This document shows positions 14,397 to 24,217 of a stretch of DNA of 54,977 bases, in pieces (the first letter of the stretch is position 1; every line of letters begins with the position of its first letter). The notes below the pieces were generated by a model that saw nothing but the letters and a program-made list of their open reading frames with translations, searched no databases and was not told where the DNA came from. Origin of the DNA: Dimargaris cristalligena (lineage: Eukaryota). Location: the NCBI GenBank assembly GCA_003614675.1, contig ML002260.1, forward strand, positions 1-54,977, given 5' to 3'. The position numbers were made by a program, and so were the translations under genes.

Positions 14397-15252
14397 GTTT
14401 TACAAAAAAAATAAAATATATAGGGGAGGGAATGGGTAAATATTCGGTGGTGAAGCAGGTATACGGCTGGAATGTAAGGCAAATGAGGGAGATCAAAGGG
14501 TGGCTATATATAGAGTATATGACCAATTCGCTCGGATTTCGCTTGGCGGGCCTAGGAAAGGAAAAAGGCGGCTTTGGAGTAGTATAGTAGGATACGGTGC
14601 TGTAGAACAAACTGTAAGGTTATATATAATATACAGAGGCGAGTTCCTTTTTCTTTTGATTATTGATGTAATATGTAAAACGCCCTACAATCCTTATTTT
14701 TTTCTCTTTGCGCAAAGTACAAATCGACATCCACTTTTCATCTGTGTGGGTGGGAGAAATCCTGGGTGGGAACTAATTATTTGTCCCACCATACCCTTTC
14801 TTGGTTCCAATTACCCTTGGTAACTAAATATAGTTGTATATATATTCTATACCCTCCCTAACAATACAATGGATAATCAATGGGATACCAGCCAGTTAAT
14901 TCACTCTCCTAGGCGGGGTGCCACATCTACTCTGGCGACTCGGTCTACAGCAAAGAACTCCTTCGAATTATCAATAGAATGTCATCCTCAAAAAGGTAAG
15001 GGCCCAGAATAACCCCAACTACAGGCATCGCAACCGTAATTTTGCGAATTATATGTTTTATTCCGTGAAATTTAAAACACTCTCGGTGATATTACCCTGG
15101 GCCTATAGTGATCAGGTTTGATGCTGAGCTGACTTGAACCCCCTGTAGCCTCCGAGCCGCTAGGAATGTTACAGTGTCATTAATTATAGGGAATTGATCA
15201 AGTGCACTTTGTACATAATGGCCACCTACTATTGACCAATGTGATATTAGTA

Positions 15253-16961
15253 CTACCGCATATCGTTTTGGCCGAAAACCTTGGCTACAATAGTAAGGAT
15301 AGTATTAGCCGAGGCCACTGCTAGATGGTCTGATGGTAACTGCGAGTATATACAGATTGGTTGAGTATAAAAAAAATACATTGAGATGTCATAAATAGAT
15401 GAGTCAGTAAGGTCAACACTATGGTGGCATAATAATCCAACTGACTTGACCCCTCACACTACTCGTATTTTACTTTAATAGGCCTGAATGTACTAAGATA
15501 ATTATAAACCCAAACTTACTAGGAGCCGACGAAACTCGGCACATTCGCGACAGAGATCCCGCAAAACGTACATGTCATCGGCATCTAATAGAGGATCCAG
15601 CCTTAATAGCAGGGAATATAGCCAGTTGCACTGTTGATCGCCGCATAAAATATGTAAAATCAGCCATATAGGGTATGCTTGTTAGCACTTTTCAACGGGT
15701 TTAAAGGTTCGAAACAGCAAGCCAATACTCCTAGTTCGGCGGTAGGTTCCTACCACAAAAAAATATATAGATTAAATATACGGCCAATTTACCTTTTCTA
15801 GTCGGATGCGGGATTGCTTAAGCCAGTTGGTGTGGTGTTGAATTAATCGAACCACTTCGTACTGTATTGAGAATAAACGAAATGTAAATAAGTGCAACAA
15901 AGAGTTGACGGTAGGTTGGTGTATGAGTATAAATCCACGTGTTTGAACATGCTTGGAAATTCGCGGTAAAGCCTGAAGAATAAGGTATAGGGTGCTGATT
16001 ATTGATGCATATTATCCAAGGTTTACTAAATTGGCCACACATTACCTGTTCCAATCGAAATAGCAAGGCGTGTGTGGGCGGATGGCCCTGAGGGCTATCT
16101 ATAGCTTCGGTTTCATTTGCAGCTGGGGGCCGACTAGTTGGTATTCCATAGCAGTAGCCTAACCACCCGTCCTTATCACTGGAAGCGGGATAAGCAGAGA
16201 TATCCATCGATTCATCTCGGCATGGGTCCTTGGTTTTATGAGAGTTGAACAAGCGCCAGAATTTCTGGCCAAGTCGACAGTCCCCAGTTCGCAGTAGTAA
16301 ATGTATAAAATATTTCAAACGTTAAGTACATGGTAGATGCGGTACTATTTGAATCGAGTTGAAACCCATGTAAAACAGTGCATTACTGTATAGAACCACA
16401 GTCTAGCTTGGGGGTTACCTTACCTTTTGACGTCCACGGAAATCTCGGGCCAGTTGAATCTGCCATTGTTCTCGTGGCTCGAGGCCGGGGGGTGGAGGTG
16501 CACAAGAGGAAGTCGAAAATATACTATTATCGGAGGTGCTTGATGGTGTTATATTTCTCGTTGAAGGCTGGGCGGGGCTTTGTTGGGCAACGGCGATACT
16601 GGGTAGTTGGCGGGCCTGCTGCCTATATATATATTTCATGATTGAGGAGCAGCGTGTATAGTTTAATATTTATTTTTGGAAAGTACCGATTGAGTTAATT
16701 AGAAGAAAGTTTCAGTGAATGCCCTCATGGGGGATGTAGTGAAACGACATGTCCCCGTCTGCATAGCCCAATTTCCGGTTAGTATATGGTCACCCAACGA
16801 ATAGAGGTGTATTTGGTCGTCGATTGACTTGGTTGGAAAACCTACCTAACCATGCGGAGGTACTTGTTCGCGCTGGTTGGGGGGTGGGAAAAGGGGTCAA
16901 CGTCCATGCGGTCCGGACGGACCACTGGTTCCTCGTCGACAGGCAACGCGGGCAGGTCCAT
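15253..16961 (-). CDS. GEMIN2: Gemin2 / SMN-interacting protein 1 (Brr1/Yip11-like), 6 exons, ~266 aa
   Basis: Exons 16961-16846, 16622-16424, 16264-16046, 15861-15793, 15630-15520, 15339-15253. Motifs PPTSANKYLRMVR.QA..LP, WLYSLLLRLDPLLDADDMYVLRDLCRECA and C-terminal ILTIVAKVFGQNDM. Confidence 0.88.
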
Positions 16962-17962
16962 GGCGATTAGAGTTAAAGAGGAACGTTTAAAGCACCTTTA
17001 TAACGCAAACAAATTCTAACGAGGCAAAAAGTAATCAGGTTAGGTCTAGGCAAATGCCCTCATTCACAAAAACTGAAACGGGAGCCTGGACCGTTATAAT
17101 GCCATCGCTAGGTGGGTGATTCAACGAGGGTTGGAATTCTTACCAAAGTATAACCCCGAGTATAATTTCCAGGCTACCCCGTTTTCCCATGGTATATAAT
17201 GAATAGGTCCATTTGGCCAGCTTGGTCACCTGAATACTTAAACGTCCGAGGTTCACCAAAAAGTTCGGTCAATACTTCAAACAAACGAGCCTTCAGGCCT
17301 CAATACATTAGAATTTAGTTCGCATTATTTGCAATACCCTGAAGTGTGTTTATAATCGTGCCTATACATATATTTAGCCGGCCATGTATCGCAGAGATAA
17401 CTGGCATAAGGAACAAAACTGTTCAACTACCCCGGTACATTAGAAAAAGGATTACTGTCTCCCAAGTCGTAACTTCAGACTCCTACCTTATAATATCGCG
17501 ATCAATCTTTATCCGACATCCGACATCCATCAGTAACTCTTATATTGGTGTTGTATAGTGAGAACAATCGAATACAAACGGTTGATACATCCAACACAGA
17601 ACGGTGAATATGAGGTTACTCAGCAGAACAGCAATTTCGAAAAGAGGTCTTATAATAGCCAATAAATGTGCTAATTGTTCAACCAAGGGGTAATAATTAA
17701 ATGGACAACGGGCATTCCCACGACAAGTCTAAACACTACAGGTATAGTTAATACATCCATCCACCGTTGGGCCGGAAAAGCCCTAAACGACAATACAAAA
17801 CACAACAATGAAATAATACCAATAGATGAAGGAGGTCAAGGTAAATGATTTATTGGGTAGAATGGCGGGATATACACTTGGTGAGTCCTGACCGAACATC
17901 GGGTACCCGGGGTTTTAACCAACTCGTATTATATGACAGAATGGGTGAAAGTATTGTCATAC

Positions 17963-19085
17963 TTAATGAGCACGACGCGATTCAGCGATGACGTTGCCGA
18001 GCTCTTCGACCTTTCTCTTGGCCCGGAGAAAGGTACCAAGCTATAGATTGGGTGAATCAAAATATATATGAAGTAGCAAATTAAGAACAGAGTTAGAATC
18101 GAGCTAGATAGAACTGATACCTAGCAGTTGCTCTCAAAAAGAACATCCTCACTAATCAGAGTTACTGAGAAATATAATCAACGCGGAGAGGTGTAACACT
18201 ATTGGTTCGATAAGCCTGCATACGAGACCCCGTAATGGCAATTTAGGGGGTAGGAAATAGAATCGCAACTTACTCTAGCCTTGGCCAGCTTACGGGCACG
18301 CTTGTCCTTGCTGTTCTTCAGCAATTCCATGACACGGCGTTCATAGGGAGCGAAACCAGTCACTTCACGGATCAGACTGCGGACGAACAGGGAGCGCTGG
18401 CTGTTGTGCTGTGAATAGGGGAATGGCGATAGTCAATACAAGGGGCATAGGCCAATATAATGAGTCAATTGCACGTAGAAAAAGTTTGGTTTGGGTAATG
18501 GAGTGTACACATATGCTCGTGGATTCCCAACGGGGGAATTCGACAGGGGAATATGGCTCTACAGTTATACACGATTCCAGTAGCACAGGGCTCAATGGGA
18601 ATGACCAAAGCTAATGTGCGGGTTGCGAGAAGACGAGTACGGCGACAGGCTGGTGAAAGGCGAAAAAAATGTACCCTGGTTACAAGGGAATGTTGGAATC
18701 CGCCCCATCGGCTACCGGTAAAGACCTGAAAGCGAATCCTGTCGGTCGCGCCAGAGGTTTAAATAGAGGCGATTCTTTACGCAACAGTGGGGTTCCGCCG
18801 CAAACCGACAGTGGCAGCCGTTACGGAGCTGGAGCCATCCATCCATCCATCCATCCAACTGGCCGGCCGGCTGTCGGTTTGCTCGTCTTTCTCTTGCCGC
18901 ACTGCTGGTGTATCGATCGATGATTCCAGTACAATCGTGTAAGTCTGTCTGTGTGCGTGTATAGGGGGAGGTAATGGTATACTTACGACGCGCTTGTTCG
19001 AGGGCTTCTTGGGGAGGACGCGGATCTGGGTGATGTGACCGTGGTTGTCACCCAGGATGATACCGGAACGATTAGCAACGGACAT
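17963..19085 (-). CDS. RPL36: 60S ribosomal protein eL36, 3 coding exons, 103 aa
   Basis: Exons 19085-18987, 18408-18274, 18040-17963. Sequence [52 protein letters not shown]. Confidence 0.97.
18837..18856 (+). repeat. (ATCC)5 microsatellite in RPL36 intron 1
   Basis: atccatccatccatccatcc. Confidence 0.85.
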
Positions 19086-19652
19086 GGCTGTAAATGGATG
19101 AGGAATCGATAGATTTCTCGGTCGCTTCGACAATAAACAGAGTATAAGAAGAAACGGTGAATAACCAAAGAGAAGGAACCACCCTCCGGTCGCCCATCGG
19201 TTGTCTTTCTTTAACCCCCTCTCCCACCACCGCTTTTCGCGCTAGGTTGGGCATACGCTACATGGTTTTGCTTAGGCATAGTTTAGTTCTGCACACACAC
19301 ACACACTACCCACCCCTCCAATGGAAATCAATCCCCCGTATAGAGCACTATTGTTTGATGGTGGAGGAGGAAAGCTAACCACTACCCGATGAGATGGTCT
19401 TACGGGTCACGTGTTAGAAGCCCACAGGTCTGGTTGCTGCTGCACAAAAATTGCCACCAGCTTCGGTTTGAGAGAAATGGGAGAGGCGGAGGAGGACTTG
19501 GTCCAAGAAAATAGCCAAATGAGAGTAGAAGTGATGCGGCCTGTCCAGCTGGTTTCGCTCTTCTAACATTGCCTAGTGAATCCCTCTTTTTATTTTATTT
19601 TAATTTTATTCCACACCGCGTCGTTACCCTCACGAAATCCCACCCCTCCAGT

Positions 19653-20954
19653 ATGGATGAAATCCCAAAACCAAATTTTGCCCATTTATCGGGACTGGCC
19701 ACCGCCATGCGAACCAGCTGCCCGGCGCTGTCCGCCTATTACAATTCACTGGTCAGCGAGCTCACCGCCATAAGCAGACGCCCATATCCCACCGAGCTCC
19801 GCAGCCAAATTTGCCAGTCGTGTGGTGAAAATTTAATACCCGGTGTGACTTGTAACGTGTCCGTGAAGTCGGCTCGGGAGGTATTGCTTCAAGCCCGGTC
19901 CGGCCAGTCGCCCGAACAACCCCTGAGCGACGCTGCCCGCCGTGCTTCCCCAGCCGACGCATCCGCCGATCACGACGGCCTTTACCAAAGCGGCCTCCGC
20001 CCCCCAGCCACATCCACCGTCGACCTGGTGACGTCCACCATGGTATCCCAAGAACGCCCGTTATACCAGCGCTCGCCTCCTATGCTGATCTATACCGATG
20101 CGCTACGGGCGAAGGTTAGCGACAACCGGCTACTGCTAATTAACCAAGCGAAATCATCGGCCTCTGGCAGTACGCCAAAGCGCCAAAGCCCCTGGCTTTT
20201 GGTTAAGAAATTCAACGTTTTCCAGTGCCGGCGCTGTGCCGCCAAGACCTGTGTTCCCTGCGTTTTTAAGCAGCGCCAAAAGCCGATCCGTAACCGTAAC
20301 CTCACGGAGGCGAACCAAAGTACCCAAGCGTATCTCGCTCAAATGGACGTAACGGTGCCCCCCACGAGCAGCTCCTCCTGGAAGGCCCCCACTGATTTAC
20401 CATTCCACCCCGAGGCGAATCCAGACCCAACCCTAGCCAAGGAGACCAAGCGATCCGGGAAGTCGACGCAAAAAGAGGCGATGCTGGCGGAAAAAACAGC
20501 GGCGTCGGAGGATGATATGCCGGAGAGTGAGGAGCAGGCGAAACTAAAGTGGCACGAGGAAGTGCGCACGAAGAAGGCCGAGTATAAGGAAACATTGAGG
20601 CAGTTGGAGACGGGAACACTGCCCGAAGCGGAGAAAGCGAAGCGGATCGCGGAGGTAAAGGATAAATGGGGTGCGCAGATGGCTGAGCTTTCTGCCTTGA
20701 GGAGGGAGATTAAAGCATCGAAGCGAGCGGATAAAGGGGAGCGACCGGAGAAGGTTCGAGTAAAGAAAGCGCGGGTTGGGAAGGACAAAGCCAAGGCCAA
20801 GACTAAGGGTATCATCGCATCAACCCCTCCCGTCGTAACGGCCAGTACTACTAATGATCTGCACTCCATGTTTAAGAAAGCCGTGACTGGCCGGCAAAGG
20901 CCCCAACAATCGGGCGCCCCAAATAGTTTGGCCGATTTTCTCAAATCGCTCTAA
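19653..20954 (+). CDS. RNase P/MRP Rpr2/Rpp21/Snm1-family zinc-binding subunit, extended (~433 aa)
   Basis: N-terminal helix HLSGLATAMRTSCPALSAYY, then ICQSCGENLIPGVTC...FQCRRC (two CxxC pairs) and a Lys-rich tail ending SLADFLKSL. First ATG is at 19653. Confidence 0.7.
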   Translation: MDEIPKPNFAHLSGLATAMRTSCPALSAYYNSLVSELTAISRRPYPTELRSQICQSCGENLIPGVTCNVSVKSAREVLLQARSGQSPEQPLSDAARRASPADASADHDGLYQSGLRPPATSTVDLVTSTMVSQERPLYQRSPPMLIYTDALRAKVSDNRLLLINQAKSSASGSTPKRQSPWLLVKKFNVFQCRRCAAKTCVPCVFKQRQKPIRNRNLTEANQSTQAYLAQMDVTVPPTSSSSWKAPTDLPFHPEANPDPTLAKETKRSGKSTQKEAMLAEKTAASEDDMPESEEQAKLKWHEEVRTKKAEYKETLRQLETGTLPEAEKAKRIAEVKDKWGAQMAELSALRREIKASKRADKGERPEKVRVKKARVGKDKAKAKTKGIIASTPPVVTASTTNDLHSMFKKAVTGRQRPQQSGAPNSLADFLKSL

Positions 20955-21305
20955 TATATACCTCTTCAGATGTTGGGGGATTTAACCTGGTCTTATTTAA
21001 TTGATTTCGCTGACTATTGCTAATAAACGATACTCCAGATTGCAATGCTATATACCATAATAAACCACTTCTTACTAAAATTCCTCTAGTTAGTGTTAAT
21101 AGATACTTGTTGGCCTGGATAAACTGTTGGATGATTTTTTTTATAAAGAAAAAAAGTTTTTACTTGGCTTTGGTTATACCCTACAGCCAACGAAAGGCCT
21201 GGGTAAATTAGCCAATTGTCTTATTACACATTTATTTTTTAAAAAACATTGACCTTAACCCACCCCAACTTTGCGGACTTGGGCAATTTCGTCGATTCTT
21301 ACAAC

Positions 21306-23726
21306 ATGACTACCAACAGTCGGCGCCCCAAGTCGCTGAATAAATCCCTCACCCGGGGCTGGAATGTCAAAGCACCCATCACTACCAAAGCCACGGTGGA
21401 CCCTGCCCCCGAGGACCCCATCGCCACCAGCGCTGAATCGGATCCGTATAGTTCCCCTGCCGCGCCCCGTAGCGCTGGCATTCGCTTCCACCAGATAGTC
21501 CCGGCCGATTCCAACCCCGAGCCGACCTACCATCGGGTGCCCATGCCCTCGTCCAAGAAAAAAATCAACCAAGCTTCCCCCGAACCTGCCGGTGTATCGC
21601 CAACCCCTGCGTCTGCCCCGGGTACCAACACGGATGCCGCTGCCAAACGGCCGCGGGGGGCGACCGGTCCGGACGAATCCGATAAGCGGAAGAAGGCCGC
21701 CACGGGTTCGAGTAGTGGTAGTCGCAAGGGAACGGTTCTGGTCGAACCCACCGTACGGCTCGCCGATGTGGGCGGGGTAGACGCCTGTATCGAAGAAGTT
21801 TTGGAGCAAATTGCCATGCCCCTGCTCCACCCGGAAATTTACCTCCACACCGGAGTGCAGCCCCCGCGGGGCATTCTGCTGCACGGGCCCCCGGGCTGCG
21901 GGAAAACTCTGCTGGCCAACGCCATTGCCGGAGAACTACGCGTGCCCTTCCTTCAAATTTCGGCTCCCTCCGTGGTCTCCGGCATGTCCGGGGAGTCGGA
22001 AAAGAAAATCCGCGAAGTATTCGCCGAGGCCCGGTCCCTGGCCCCCTGTCTAATGTTCATTGACGAGATTGACGCCATTACCCCCAAGCGGGAAACCGCC
22101 CAGCGGGAAATGGAACGCCGTATCGTGGCCCAACTTCTCACTTGCTTAGACGATTTGTCCTGGGATAAAACCGACTACAAACCCGTGTTGATTATCGGGG
22201 CGACCAATCGGGCCGATGCCTTGGACCCCGCCCTCCGCCGCGCCGGTCGGTTCGATCGCGAAATCAGTATGGTGGTGCCCGACGAGACCGCCCGCGAGAG
22301 CATTCTACGGGTCCAGTGCGCCAAACTGCGCATATCCGGCGATTTCGATTTCCGTGACTTGGCGAAAAAGACCCCCGGGTATGTCGGGGCCGATCTCAAC
22401 GCCTTGACCAGTGCCGCCGGTATGATTGCGGTCAAGCGTATTTTCCGGTTGTTATCAGAGACTATGGAGCTCCAAACCGCCATGGAACCGGAGAGCACCT
22501 CCATAGCTGACCTGACCGCCGAGCTGGAATCCGATATGACCATGGATGGGGATTCCCAGGATGAAGCCCTCGAGGAGGATTCCATTAATGCCGCCGTCAA
22601 GGAGGTCGTCAAGGAAACGCCGGCCACCCCGCTGACCTCCTTCCTCGACGGTTTCGACTCTTTAACTGTCAACGACAAAGTTCAGTCTATTTCCGCCTTT
22701 TTGCGGGCCCACCCGGGACCTCTTACCCCCGCGGAATTGGCCCCGCTCTCCATTACCCCTATTGACTTTGAGGAGGCCCTAAAGAAGGTCCAGCCCTCAT
22801 CCAAACGCGAGGGCTTCGCGACTGTGCCGGATGTGTCGTGGGCCGACATTGGGGCCCTGGCCCATGTGCGCGACGAACTCCGGATGGCGGTGGTCGAGCC
22901 CATTCGGCACCCGGAGTATTTTGCCAGTGTGGGTATCACGGCCCCGGCCGGGGTTCTCCTGTGGGGACCCCCCGGGTGTGGTAAGACCCTGCTGGCCAAA
23001 GCGGTGGCCAACGAAAGTCACACCAATTTCATTTCCGTCAAGGGTCCGGAATTACTCAATAAATACGTGGGGGAGAGTGAACGGGCGGTGCGCCAGGTTT
23101 TCGCCCGGGCCAAGGCCTCGTCCCCCTGCGTGGTGTTCTTTGACGAACTGGATGCCCTCTGCGGTCGGCGAGATGAAAATCAATCCGAAGCCAGCGCCCG
23201 GGTGGTTAACACGCTACTTACCGAATTAGATGGTATGGAAACGCGGAAGCAAGTTTTTATTATTGCCGCCACGAATCGTCCCGACATGATCGATCCCGCC
23301 ATGCTGCGGCCCGGTCGACTGGACAAGCTGCTCTACGTCGAACTTCCGACCGCCCCCGAACGACTGGAAATCCTGCGCACGTTGACCCGGAAGACCCCCA
23401 TGGAACCCGGTCGCGTTGATTTAGAAGCAGTGGCCCACCACCCCAGCTGCGAGGGCCTGAGTGGGGCCGATTTGGCCTCCCTGGTGCGTGAAGCCGCTGT
23501 GTCCGCACTACGGGAAACTATCTACGTTCTCCCACCGCCGGAGGCGGGTGATACGACTACCACTGGTGGGCTTTCCGCCCCTGGGCCTAATATGTCCTTT
23601 GGCAAGCCTATTCGTATCGTCCAGCAGCACTTTGAAACCGCCTTCACCAAGGTATCCCCTAGTGTATCCCAATCCGATCGCGCCAGCTACCAACGGTTGC
23701 GACAAAAGTTCGGCCTGCACAACTAA
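21306..23726 (+). CDS. RIX7: Type II AAA-ATPase Rix7/NVL (60S biogenesis), intronless
   Basis: Two AAA modules (GPPGCGKT twice; FIDEIDAI and FFDELDAL). Family-specific VSGMSGESEKKIR, TPKRETAQREMERRIVAQLLTC and VQPSSKREGFATVPDVSW. Confidence 0.95.
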   Translation: MTTNSRRPKSLNKSLTRGWNVKAPITTKATVDPAPEDPIATSAESDPYSSPAAPRSAGIRFHQIVPADSNPEPTYHRVPMPSSKKKINQASPEPAGVSPTPASAPGTNTDAAAKRPRGATGPDESDKRKKAATGSSSGSRKGTVLVEPTVRLADVGGVDACIEEVLEQIAMPLLHPEIYLHTGVQPPRGILLHGPPGCGKTLLANAIAGELRVPFLQISAPSVVSGMSGESEKKIREVFAEARSLAPCLMFIDEIDAITPKRETAQREMERRIVAQLLTCLDDLSWDKTDYKPVLIIGATNRADALDPALRRAGRFDREISMVVPDETARESILRVQCAKLRISGDFDFRDLAKKTPGYVGADLNALTSAAGMIAVKRIFRLLSETMELQTAMEPESTSIADLTAELESDMTMDGDSQDEALEEDSINAAVKEVVKETPATPLTSFLDGFDSLTVNDKVQSISAFLRAHPGPLTPAELAPLSITPIDFEEALKKVQPSSKREGFATVPDVSWADIGALAHVRDELRMAVVEPIRHPEYFASVGITAPAGVLLWGPPGCGKTLLAKAVANESHTNFISVKGPELLNKYVGESERAVRQVFARAKASSPCVVFFDELDALCGRRDENQSEASARVVNTLLTELDGMETRKQVFIIAATNRPDMIDPAMLRPGRLDKLLYVELPTAPERLEILRTLTRKTPMEPGRVDLEAVAHHPSCEGLSGADLASLVREAAVSALRETIYVLPPPEAGDTTTTGGLSAPGPNMSFGKPIRIVQQHFETAFTKVSPSVSQSDRASYQRLRQKFGLHN

Positions 23727-24009
23727 GCACGCAATTACAGTGCAGCAGAGGGGAGGGGGGCAATTGTGATTAGGCAAATGGCTATAAATACCTCTTTGCC
23801 GATTTGCATTAAATTAGACCTTGTTATATACATTCTGTAGTTGTTTTTGTGATGGCTGAACTTGTCGTACAATTCACTTGCTGCTTCGCCATAAGTATAA
23901 AAGATGATCTGAGCCCAAATTCATCAAGTGTTTCTTTTTTTCTTCTTAATAATATATTATTTATGCATTCTTGATAAAAACAAGGACGTATTTGGATAGG
24001 ACATGAAAA

Positions 24010-24154
24010 ATATGAGTGAAATTCTACCTAACAATAAGAGGTTTCACATGATATACGTTATGGGGGAATAGATAGGAGATTCATTTGCAACCAGTAGTAT
24101 TTGTCTCATCTAACGGACTATTCGTTATGCGGACTAATTGAACCTCTTCCATAT
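24010..24154. mobile_element. ~145-bp MITE-like element, copy B (just 3' of the NRPS stop codon)
   Basis: ATATGAGTGAAATTC...CAACCAGTAGTATTTGTCTCATCTAACGGACTATTCGTTATGCGGACTAATTGAACCTCTTCCATAT. More diverged than copies A and D. Confidence 0.62.
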
Positions 24155-24217
24155 AAAAGATAACGTTCGACTTCCCAACATGAAGGGGCATTATAATTAA
24201 AGAATACTCAGACGTAG

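Noticed and set aside
18409-18986. RPL36 intron as RNase P/MRP, SRP, U3, telomerase RNA or TPP riboswitch
   Set aside because: The diagnostic motifs (P4 CR-I/CR-V, SRP helix 8, U3 boxes, telomeric template, TPP core) were not found on either strand.
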